Below, one piece after another: positions 1 to 10,423 of a stretch of DNA of 64,000 nucleotides. How positions within the stretch are numbered: the first letter of the stretch is position 1; each line of letters opens with the position of its first letter. The DNA is taken from NCBI RefSeq assembly GCF_964355755.1, contig NC_092676.1, positions 27,174,871 through 27,238,870 of the forward strand, read 5' to 3'. The stretch comes from Antedon mediterranea (Eukaryota; Animalia; Echinodermata). Under the pieces are notes generated by a model. That model did no database searches, was not told the origin of the DNA, and saw only the letters and a program-made list of their open reading frames with translations. Both the position numbers and the translations under genes were made by a program.

Positions 1-2632
1 CCTTTAACTGTTGGATGAAAACAATAGTAATATTGATTATTAATAAACAAACACATTCGAGAAAACTAAAATACTGTGTAGGGTCTACTGAGTACAAAAA
101 TGACACCTTTAATATATAGGTATACATTTCCCTCCACATTTTTGGAACAACCTAGTTAAGCTGTTTCTTATAATTTGAGTGGTAAATACATTTTATTCAA
201 GTTGACATGTATTATTATACTGTTGTGATTTAACATTATATAAAACATCCGTTCCAATACAATTACTGTTCTTCACTTATGATAAATTGCGTTATTTTAT
301 ATATTTTTTTATCCAACAAAAGAAAAATGAACGGATGTTTGAAACCTGAAAAACAGTATTGGAAACCCCTTGTGAGACTATAAATTGACCTTCATTTGAT
401 CTGAGAAGTCGACGTTAACAATTGGTCAATTGAACATGTAAATTAATAAACGTCATTTCATCAACCAATCATTTTCATTGTTATTGAAATGGGGTTTATT
501 ATACAGTGGATGCTCTCTACATGACGGTGAGTGCAATCCTGAATATTATTTTCTGATAAAATTTAGAGGGAAAGAGGGTGTATCCGTTGTTTAGAGGTTA
601 CAGAGGGAAAATGGAGGGCTTTATTTGCAATTTTGGGTGATTTAATGCAGATTTGAAGGATGGGGTTTCGTAGAATAGTTAAAAGTTGATCATGTGCACT
701 GATGCTATTCGTCAGTGGAGGGACACCAATGATAAATACGCAGCACTGAAAACGCGTATAACCTATCCACGATCCAGGGAATCCAAATTAATATGGCTGT
801 TTTTTCGCCAGGTTATAGTAATAGATCACAATTATTGTTCACTTTAGGTAATTTACAGTTCCCTCATAATTATTTAAGTCCTACCTTAGGTGCAGAAGTT
901 GTAAACTGGTAGATTATTCTCTTGTTTTTAACATAATTATTGGCAGGCCAGTCTGGGTACAAAAAGCAAACTCAGTACATACAGTGAGTGGAGTGTGTGT
1001 ATTGCTGCTGCTTGGAAGTACAGTAGTCTGTAGACATGTAATCCAAATAATTAAATACTGAGCATGCCTAACTAGTGGTATATAATGATATGAAGGCCTA
1101 GGCTATTTATTTTTTACATTTACCTTCTCTTGTGGTCTAATTATTTCTCTAAGGCCTAAAATGAGTGAGATTAGAATTGAGTAGTTTGTGTGTGAACACC
1201 TTGAATGATGTGAAAAATCAATCAACATATTTTTTATAAAAGGCTACATCCGCACTATTAACCTTTAACATCACATCTTTCCCCACCAAAAAGTAAAACA
1301 ATATGTTTTTTGTTACATCAATCAATGTTTTTAAAATTCCTTTCTGTGGTTGGTCAACCTTACCTGGTCAGATCAAGCAGAAGTAGGGCTGAGAGAGGAA
1401 CAAATCGCATACACATCAAGCTTTTCTTATTTTTTTTTTATCTGAAGCAGTATAAACTATAATGAATTTGATGGTTGTGAATAATTTACAAGTGTATTGA
1501 AATTTTCCTTCGATAAAATCCGGATTAATGATTAACATGCCCATTTCCATTAGTTTTTCTACATTATTATTTTTAACTACTCTCATAAGACAACAAGGTA
1601 TCACTTTATAAGACAATCATCATTAATCAATAAGCGAATGCAAATCAATCAATAATTAACTGACCTAGTGCAATTTTTGTTCACTTTCTATGATAAATGG
1701 TTCACATAAAATGTACCTAAAACTATCTAGATACATTTTTTCCATTTATTAAGGAAACTCGCATTATTAGAATTTGTAGATGCCCTTCTAAATGCTTGAA
1801 GTACCATCGGTATTCAAATGTTTGAAAATGCAAGTTATTCCAAAATAAGAAATCTTGTGTGGAAAAGGAATGATCCTGTGCCAAGTAAATAGACCTAATG
1901 AGTTTGATTACTAAAAATGGAACATTCTGTGGTTAGCTAATGGATCAGTCCAGGTTTAAGCTTTGCAGTCTCCGCCTTTGGATAGCCATTGGTCCAACTC
2001 CAGGTTGAGTCATCCATTTCACATATGTTGTCAAATGTTTACACAACAGGAAAAAAAAGAAAGGAAGATTTATTTGCTTGTTTAATCAGAAACCTTAAAA
2101 AACTAAAGTGAAATCTGTCAATCTTTTTGTTGACATAGCTCATTTACATATTAGGTTTTCTTTCTAGTACTCATAAACATCTTGTAATATTTATATAATA
2201 TTAATAATAAATATTAAAATAATTATTAAGACTACTGTAATAAATTGTGTATTTGAATAGATTATATAGATTAATGGATAATTTACAATAGTCACCAATA
2301 TCAATTGTTTTGCTTGAATGGCCTAAATTTCCCCAAAAAATATTATAGTACCACCTTGACCTCCTAAAAAGCCTTTTATAATTGCTTTGCTGATTTTTAC
2401 CCATCCTATTATATTATTATGAGAATCTAATTAATTGATCTGAGGGATTTACACATCAATCAATAAGTGCCATTCTTAGAAAACTTTTAAAATTAAAGTA
2501 CAGTATAATATTTTTTTCAGATTCAATTGTTTCGATTCACTAAATGGAACTTTTATTCATTAATTTTTAGAATTTTATTTAGAATTATTTTAATTTAAAT
2601 ATTTTACAGGTGAATTTTTTTGACCAAGGGTC

Positions 2633-2670
2633 ATGGACGATGATTGCCAAACCCTTTTGGACGTGATTAG
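2633..2670 (+). CDS. BICRA: BICRA/BICRAL-like (GLTSCR1 family) coding exon 1
   Basis: Acceptor ttttacag at 2602-2609, ATG at 2633, encodes MDDDCQTLLDVI, donor AG|gtgagt at 2671. Resembles the N-termini I recall for vertebrate BICRA/BICRAL (MDDxDxxCLLD[VL]I). Probably a pro-ortholog of both paralogs. Confidence 0.85.
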
Positions 2671-2920
2671 GTGAGTGTTTCTATATAATATTGGAACATT
2701 TTTTTCCCAATCTTAATTGCTACTAAAACAGTTGCATGCTACCACAGTAGTTAACATTCCTTTGGTTAACAATAACAGTTAGACTAATATAAATTTGTAG
2801 AACATAATGATAACAATATGCATGATGCTCTTCTTTCTCTTAATACATTTCCCTTGTCATTCCTATCTTAGACCTATCGCAAAATATTTTCACTTGCATC
2901 TTTCTCGCCTTTATTCTTGA

Positions 2921-3011
2921 ATCATCAAACTTTATGTGATAAAAAAATGTGATACATGCCACGATGATGATCACTACCATGGGAATATCACACTTTTTTG
3001 TCAAACTAGTT
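2921..3011 (+). mobile_element. Harbinger-type MITE family A, truncated copy
   Basis: ATCAAACTTTATGTGA...CACTACCAT...TTGTCAAACTAGTT core without full TIRs. Confidence 0.65.
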
Positions 3012-3170
3012 CGCAAGCATACAGCTGGAGCTGAACTTATATGTTTTGTTCCTTCCTGAAACTTGCTAAAGAAAATTTGAGAAGTTTGTAACATTCTTTA
3101 TTACTCATGGAGACATGTTATAGGATTCTTAGGACATTATATTGTTTTCACATTTTCACACTCATAAAGC
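3011..3170 (+). repeat. ~160 bp dispersed direct repeat, copy 1
   Basis: TCGCAAGCATACAGCTGGAGCTGAACTTAT...TTTCACACT, highly similar to 8282-8447. Confidence 0.85.
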
Positions 3171-3348
3171 TCTGTCTACACTATCATTGAACTAGTTTGT
3201 GTGATGTGCCCAAATATGATAGTGATATGCTTAAATATGGTAGTGATATGCTTAAATATGGTAGTGATATGATATCATCATGTCCATATATAAGCACATT
3301 GCACTTGACATTGTTTTGTCAAACTAGTTTGAAAGTGTAGAGAGAGCT
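3168..3348 (-). mobile_element. Harbinger-type MITE family A
   Basis: TIR AGCTCTGTCTACACTATC, TAA on both flanks. Confidence 0.8.
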
Positions 3349-3635
3349 TAAGACTATGGTATCCAAGACCTTTCCCAGTTTTATTCCAACTTTGTTCAAC
3401 TTTCCTGTAAATATACAAACAATAGTTTCTTTGCAGGTTTCTAATTTGTATGATTACATTTTGACAATATTGCTTCTAAACTAGGATTATTAATAATAAT
3501 TTTAAAAAACAATTAAAGTTTCTTTCATTGATTGGCCACAGTATTATCATTTTGTCTAAATCGAATTGTTGGCTATTCTAGCCTAAAGCCCAACACAATT
3601 GTAGTTAAAACGAACTTGTGTGCAATTCTTCACAG

Positions 3636-3702
3636 TGACGTGGATGCGTTTGATTGCTTCTTGGATGTTGACTTGGAGCATAGTAAGCCCAGTCATGCAC
3701 AG
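3636..3702 (+). CDS. BICRA: BICRA-like coding exon 2
   Basis: Acceptor ttcttcacag, phase-2 compatible with exon 1, encodes (S)DVDAFDCFLDVDLEHSKPSHAQ, donor CAG|gtactg in phase with the exon at 5004. An alternative donor exists after 3682. Confidence 0.7.
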
Positions 3703-4211
3703 GTACTGTACATTGGTGTTGTTGTACAGCTTACTGTTTGTACAAGTAAAGCATGAAGCATTTATACAGTACTAGTACTTAACAGACTTTATTAAACATA
3801 AAATGTCCACCCATACATATATTTTATGTGTGCCCCTCCTTTCTTTACACCAAAGCATTCATGAATACAAGTCTGGGATAATAAGTCCACATATACCATA
3901 CTGTATCTAGATAATAACAACCTGATAATATATAATACTGTAATTGTATTTCAATGTTGTGTTGTTTATAATTTAATTTAGATCATTGTTGTTGTCTAAA
4001 CTATGCTTTCATATGAATTGTTAAATTGCTTTATCTTTTATCAATTTCTGTGCTTTGCATTTCCCAAATAAAAACATTTTACAGTTTTTTTGCTTTTGTC
4101 TGTTCATTTGACTTCTAATTTTGATGTGAAAACATTTTGTGTTTTCTGTTTGTATTTAGTTGTGATTTATTATTAATATTGTTTTGTAGATTATAGATAA
4201 AGCATGCATTA

Positions 4212-4354
4212 AGCTCTGTCTACATTATCAAACTAGTTTGACAAAAAAAGTGTGATGTGCTCAAATATGGTAGTAATATCCCAACATCATGTCGATATAT
4301 GGGCACATTGCTTTTTTTTCACATAGAAGTTTGATAGTATAGACAGACAGAGCT
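4212..4354 (-). mobile_element. Harbinger-type MITE family A
   Basis: Both TIRs present, TTA on both flanks. Confidence 0.85.
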
Positions 4355-5003
4355 TTAGCATTGTAATGTAAGTATTATAAATATTCTTAACATTTTGTGG
4401 TTAATTTAACAGATAGACAAGATGCATGAATGTAATTTTTTAGTACACTTTTTCATTGGTGTCATCTCTCTGATCTAATAAATATTCATTTTCAAAATTG
4501 TTTGTAAGTTGTAAAATAAAGCTTAAATAAAACTTACTTTAGTGTTATTAGATTAGTTTTGTTCTTTAGAAGTGTCCTTAAAATTAGATCGTAGAATTCA
4601 CTCTGATGAGTTTTAGAAATTGAAACATAACAAACTTTCACAAGCCGAAGTGTTCGGAAGTAAACCAATTCATTACCAAACCAAGCATTAATTTGGAATG
4701 CTCAAATTTTGATTTAGAAATAGTTTTTCAAGTTTATATTAAGATTATTTAGCTGGCATTACCGTAAGCATTTCTTTTTTATACTTTAAAAAAAATATAT
4801 ATTAATATTGCCTGAAAAAAATGCATTTTGTATTTCTATATAATCTTGTAATTATTTTTGTGAATTTGTTATTAATTATTTATACTAAAAGTATATATAG
4901 TTATAATTATTATAGATATTTTGAGTATTTCAAATGTCTAACTATACAGATAAGATTTCAGATAAGATTTTATCATGATTTTTGTTATTTAATTTGTATA
5001 TAG

Positions 5004-8000
5004 GAAACTACAGATGAACCAACAAGCAAGAATATATTATCGCTTGCCTTAGTAGCGTCGTGTATTAACGAAGAAACAGTAGAAGACAAAGCCAACGGCA
5101 TTGATGATGCGCAAAATGTGATAATCGCAAATGATAATGCGTCTGGGCTTATAACCGCTACATTTGACCCAGGTGGTCAACAAACTATTATACAGCAAGG
5201 TCAAGAACCAGCTGTAGCCATGGATGACCATTCTTTAATGATGTCATCGTCACATGATCAAAGTTCAGTCAGCATGGATGCGCAACTAAAAGATATTTTC
5301 GGCGATGACGATCTTTTTTCCGATTCACCGATGGAGACTACGACTAACGCGAATCCATTTGATTCATTGTTGAGTCAAGCAGCTGCCGAAGCGGGCGTGT
5401 TTCCGTTTATGGATGATCTGGATGAGCCGATAGATTCCACGACCACGGAACCGGTTCAAACGCAACCGCCACTTGTTACAAATCAACTGGTAATTCCGAC
5501 AGGGCAACCAATGGTGCCTCAACCAACATTGCAACAACAAACATTGTCACAGAAAGTGAATACAATGCCTATGTTTAACCAGACGTTACAGCCTATGATG
5601 ACGAACCAGTCCGGTCAACCTACTACTGCTGTGCTACAGGTTGGGCCGTCTGGTCAGCAGATCATCCAGCAGATTCCTGCCAATGCTCAAGGAGGTCAGC
5701 AAATTGTTATCCAAGGCCTGGTGCCTCAATTGGCCTCTGTAAAAACTTCGCAGGGCATTATAGGAACTGTACAACTGCAGCAAGGGTTACAAGGGCAGCA
5801 ACAACCACTCACCAGCTTTGTTTTAAATACTGGTGGAACAAGAATCCCAATACAAACTGTTATAAATTCACCATTGCAACAAAAGCTTGGTAAAGCTATT
5901 AAAAGTGGTCCTGTTGCGATCAGCCCAAAACCGATTTCAAAAGGACCAAGGCACATTAGTCCGAAGCCTCTTCCAGGACAGAAAGTAATTCAGATACTCC
6001 AAAACCAGCCAATGACGAGGACTTTACAGATTGCACAGAGAGCACCGGGCCAACCACAAACGTTTTTAATTCGTAATCCTAACATACCTGGAAACCTTCA
6101 ACTTGTTCAGGGAATTAACGCTGGACAAACTGTTATCGCAAATAGCGGTATGGTGAGGGCGCCAAACTATCAGGTCATTCAAGGTAATAACCCTCCTGTC
6201 ACAAACATGTTGCAGAGTAGAATGACAACACAGTCTAGTAGTAATCTTGCGTCTACACCGCCAACTACCACTTCGTCTAAAAGGAAATCTAGAAACAATG
6301 CACAATCAAATACGCAAACAACGCAATCAAAATCTATCGCATCGTCTGGTAATCTGACATCATCATCATTTGTGTCAAATTCTATGAATTTTACGCAGCC
6401 GGTGAATTCACAACCGACCATCGTGACTGTGACCGAAACCGGTAATAAAACTTTGAATCCTGTCATTACGATAGGTGCGAGTGGAAGTATGATTTTTGTG
6501 AAGCAATCCAAACCCATTACCGTTACTGCTAAGAATCCAGGCTTAGGAACTGATACAGTGCCATCTTTCTCCATTCAGAAATCTATGGTACAATCAAACA
6601 TACCTAACCAACAAACCGTCTTAACCTCGACGAAAGAAATAAAAGTAGAGCATCAACCGTCTGGTTCCTTTAGTGGTAGTAGCAATATCGGGATATCAGA
6701 TCCTAGAATGCCGTTCAATGCGAACAACAGCGGTTCTTACCAAGTGCCATCACCGCAACTGGGACGAACCCTGACCAAACAACAAAACATTCCAGCATTT
6801 GTAAACCCCTCGCAGTCTGTTTCGCAGAGTAACACTATGACCTCGTTTGTCAATACAGGCAGTAACCAGATTCAATATTCAACATCATCACTGCAAACAG
6901 TAGCTCAACAGAATTCAGGTGTTCAGAATACAGGTGTTCACAACCAAACCTTCACCCATCAAGTGCCAACTCCAAGTATTTCGTTAACGCACAGAAAAGT
7001 TGAGATACAGACGGACAGCGCCAGCAGTTCATCTTTCTCGGTTGGACTTCCTTTACCGCATCAACCAGCCTTATCCCAACCTTTACAAGCATCACCTTCA
7101 GTTGTTCAGAATGATGGCATGAAAGAACCAGCGGCAAACACTGGTGATCTTCGTACTGCAAATCTGCACAACAAAAACATCCTTAAAGAGATGATTTTGA
7201 AACATCCTGCTGTTTTTCAGAACTCGTTAAAAAATAATCCACAAATGCAACAGAAATTTCAAGTCATGTTGCAACAATTCCAGCAACAAAATGCTGCAAC
7301 TAACAGCATGCAGAATGTAGCTGGTAATGCAAGTCAATCTGCAACTCAACCGCAACCCACTGGTAGCATAACCTTAGTACACAATCAATCCAATCCGCCG
7401 TCACAGGTCACTTTTCAATCTAACTCGCAAACTAGCCAAGTAATCGGAGTACCTCATACACAGGTTAATCAACCCGTGTTGAACGCAAACAGTAACCTTG
7501 GTAACAGTATTCAACCAGTAATCAGTCAACAACAGCCTGTTATCTCTGCCCAGGCTGCTGCTATTATGAAGTATCCACCAAAAAAACAAACCGTTAAAAA
7601 TGCAAAGCCAGCATCCACACCATCCTTCAGCACGTCCTCAAGCATAAATCCAAACAGTATTCAAAAAAGCGTTGTTCAACAATCGGTAGTTACAACATCA
7701 TCTGTTGCAACCACCCCTGCCACAAACCAGGGACTTAACCTGCCACAGACATTCCAGATCAGCATCAAGGCTCAGGAGCAATTGCAGACGATTCAGAACC
7801 ATATACGGACATTGACTGGAATGCCAAGCTTGAACGATCAACAGTCACGCCTTCTGCAACAGCTTCAGATCATCCAACAGAAGATTGTGACTCAGGCTAG
7901 GCAGCAGATGCTGGTTCAGCAGCAGCAGACAAGGCAGCCTGCTGTAAACACGGTCATTCTTCCACAACCAAGTGGAGGGAAAGGAAACAAGAAGATTGCA

Positions 8001-8075
8001 TCAAAGAGCCCTAAACAGAACACAACTTCACCTGCTGGCAGTGACACTTTGACAGTTAAACAAGAAACAAACGTC
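5004..8075 (+). CDS. BICRA: BICRA-like giant exon 3 (1024 codons, Q/S/T/P-rich low complexity)
   Basis: Acceptor tatatag at 4997-5003, open frame continuous with ORF 5118, donor GTC|gtaagt at 8076. Two ISPKP motifs and Q-rich tracts typical of the disordered N-terminal region of this family. Confidence 0.9.
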
Positions 8076-8103
8076 GTAAGTACTTATGAATTTAACTATG
8101 TAG

Positions 8104-8236
8104 AGCTCTGTCTACACTATCAAACTTTATGTGACAAAAAAAATGTGATGTGCACATATATGGACATGATGATTTCATATCACAACCATATTTGGGGCAC
8201 ATCACACTTTTTTTTTGTCAAACTAGTTTGTAGACA
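8104..8236 (+). mobile_element. Harbinger-type MITE family A
   Basis: Left TIR AGCTCTGTCTACACTATCAAACT intact, right TIR partly deleted. Confidence 0.8.
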
Positions 8237-8281
8237 TGAGATAAAGGTGATGTTTGGCTACAATATTACTAAACTTGATCG

Positions 8282-8447
8282 TCGCAAGCATACAGCTGGA
8301 GCTGAACTTATCATGTGTTTTGTTCCTTCCTGAAACTTGCTAAAGAAACTTTGAGAAGTTTGTAACATTCTTTATTATTCATGGAGACATGTTATAGGAT
8401 TCTCAAGACATTATATTAATTGTTCAACAATTTCACACTAATAAAGC
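8282..8447 (+). repeat. ~160 bp dispersed direct repeat, copy 2
   Basis: Matches 3011-3170 with a few indels. Confidence 0.85.
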
Positions 8448-8467
8448 TTGTTTTATATAGAGCTTAT

Positions 8468-8560
8468 TGTATATATTTATATATATATTTATATTTGTAT
8501 ATATATTTGTATATATATTTGTATATATTTATATATATATTTATATTTGTATATATTTAT
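8468..8560. repeat. AT-rich simple repeat
   Basis: Iterated (TA)nTTTG / (TA)nTTT units. Confidence 0.8.
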
Positions 8561-8603
8561 GTCTATTGGAGTAATAATGATATTCTTTGATCTTTGTTTA
8601 TAG

Positions 8604-8756
8604 AATATTGGTGTGAAATCCATTAATTTGACACCAACTCAACAGCAGATTGTGAAATCAGTTCAAGAAAAGTTGAAAACGATGACTCCAGAGGAACAGC
8701 AAGCCTACATCAAGTCTCAGCAATCATTGCTACTCAACTTACAACAACAAAAACAG
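8604..8756 (+). CDS. BICRA: BICRA-like coding exon 4
   Basis: tttatag acceptor, 51 codons NIGVKSINLTPTQQQIVK...LQQQKQ, donor CAG|gttaat, phase 0 on both sides. Confidence 0.8.
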
Positions 8757-8984
8757 GTTAATATCATATGTTTACTGGTTTATGTAGGCTTAATCTACAG
8801 TTAAGTCCTAGTTTAAACTCAGCCCAAAGAAGATGTGAGGGTTATAAGTCAGTCTGGGTATCTTCCATTGGAGGTCTTTAATTAAATTGCTGAATTAATA
8901 TTATGTAGCTGTCATCAGGAGAATGGTGATGATCTCTGCACTGTGTGTACTACAATCTAATGATTATGAATTGTTTTGTTACAG

Positions 8985-9026
8985 GCTAAACAAGGGCAGA
9001 CTTCTAGTGGTACTCAGTTTATCAAG
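8985..9026 (+). CDS. BICRA: BICRA-like coding exon 5
   Basis: tttgttacag acceptor, 14 codons AKQGQTSSGTQFIK, donor AAG|gtaagc. Confidence 0.75.
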
Positions 9027-9197
9027 GTAAGCACATACTCAATGTAATCAATAACAATTTCAAACAGTTTTTGTTTTGTATTGGTCAAAAGTTAGTCCAT
9101 AAAAATTCATGCTATAAATAATCAAAATTTTAATTTTGAAGACTGATTTAAATAATATACCATAAATAAATATGTAAGTTACTGTATATTTTTTTAG

Positions 9198-9253
9198 ATT
9201 GAAAGTAAAGGCACAAAACGTCCAGCACAGTACCAGCTTACAAGAAGTTCATT
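9198..9253 (+). CDS. BICRA: BICRA-like coding exon 6
   Basis: ttttttag acceptor, IESKGTKRPAQYQLTRSS plus TT, donor gtaagt, phase 2 matches the next exon. Confidence 0.8.
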
Positions 9254-9593
9254 GTAAGTAATATAATTTCTTTTTTTCAGAGGATTTCTTTGAAATAAAA
9301 GAACACTTCAATATTTAAATGTAATGTAAATGTGTTTTAGTAACGCTGTATCGATATGTCCCCTATTGTGCCAATACAATATGGAGACATTGAAATATTG
9401 AATCCCAACACAATATAATGGTGTCTATTTCTATTTTTATATTGGCGTATAACAATACATCAATCGTATATGGCGCTAAATGCACAAAGTGCTTCACATT
9501 ATTACCCCAGTCATTTTTTGGATCAAACACGTATGGAAACATACTCCCATAATGTTTCAGCCAGTAATCATGTTGTGTTTTATGTTTATTTAG

Positions 9594-9742
9594 AATGCTC
9601 CATCAAGTAAAGCAAAATCAAGAGAAGATGATTGGACCAGATTTAAAGACGCCATTTAAGAACTACAAGGACGCCATTCACCGACTCGTAGACTACCATG
9701 TGGTGACAGACCACACGCCCACCAGTGACCAACTCGAAGAAA
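9594..9742 (+). CDS. BICRA: BICRA-like coding exon 7, start of GLTSCR1 domain
   Basis: Encodes MLHQVKQNQEKMIGPDLKTPFKNYKDAIHRLVDYHV, matching the GLTSCR1 signature PDxxTPFxxxxDAxxRLxxYHV. Canonical splice sites. Confidence 0.93.
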
Positions 9743-9877
9743 GTAAGACACTATTTGATAAATAAAAATTTGATTATTTATATTGAACATCACTTTTATA
9801 CCAGCGTACTAGTGTTTCGCACAAAATTTTTTTAAAATGAACAAGTCTTTGGACAGGATTTGAACACTATACTATAA

Positions 9878-10032
9878 AGCTACACTATCAAACTTTATGT
9901 GACAAAAAAATGTTATGTGCCCATATATAGACATGATGATGTCATATCACTACCCTATTTGCACATATCACTACCATATTTGGGCACATCACACTTTTTT
10001 TGTCAAACTAGTTTGATAGTGTAGACAGAGCT
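9878..10032 (+). mobile_element. Harbinger-type MITE family A
   Basis: Right TIR AGTTTGATAGTGTAGACAGAGCT, TAA on both flanks. Confidence 0.85.
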
Positions 10033-10141
10033 TAAGATTGGTAGCCAACCACCAAGTTACAACCTCCCTGTTTACTTTGTCAAAGGAGTTTAATTGTGAA
10101 TATGAGAATTAATTTTAATTTTCTTTATAATTGTTGTTTAG

Positions 10142-10236
10142 TTGATGAGGCCTTTGAGGAGGTGAGCGCCACTATTCTGGAAAAGAAACAGAAAATGTAT
10201 AACAAGTATCAGCAGTTAATTATGCAAGATAGTATG
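10142..10236 (+). CDS. BICRA: BICRA-like coding exon 8, GLTSCR1 domain
   Basis: (I)DEAFEEVSATILEKKQKMYNKYQQLIMQDSM matches DExFExVSxxLLxxxxxMxNKY. Donor ATG|gtgagt. Confidence 0.93.
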
Positions 10237-10423
10237 GTGAGTAAATAAATACAAATGTAATATGCACAAATAAATGGGTAGTGTTGCCCGAAAGCTCTGT
10301 AAATTTTTTAACATTTTATTTTGTATCTCCATTGAGATCCAGCCACTGATACCCACAGCATTGTAATTTTTTTCATTGCTTATTTTATTTGTATCTCCAT
10401 TGAGATACAGCCACTGATATCAT

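Noticed and set aside
500-811. Non-coding first exon and promoter of BICRA
   Set aside because: GC-richer with a possible CAG|GT donor near 811, but no independent support for boundaries.
5726-7589. Minus-strand ORFs overlapping the giant BICRA exon
   Set aside because: Antisense shadows of a real coding exon with no recognisable motifs.
8076-8333. C-terminal part of the 1071 aa ORF
   Set aside because: Read-through past a strong GTAAGT donor into intronic MITE sequence; amino acid composition changes abruptly.
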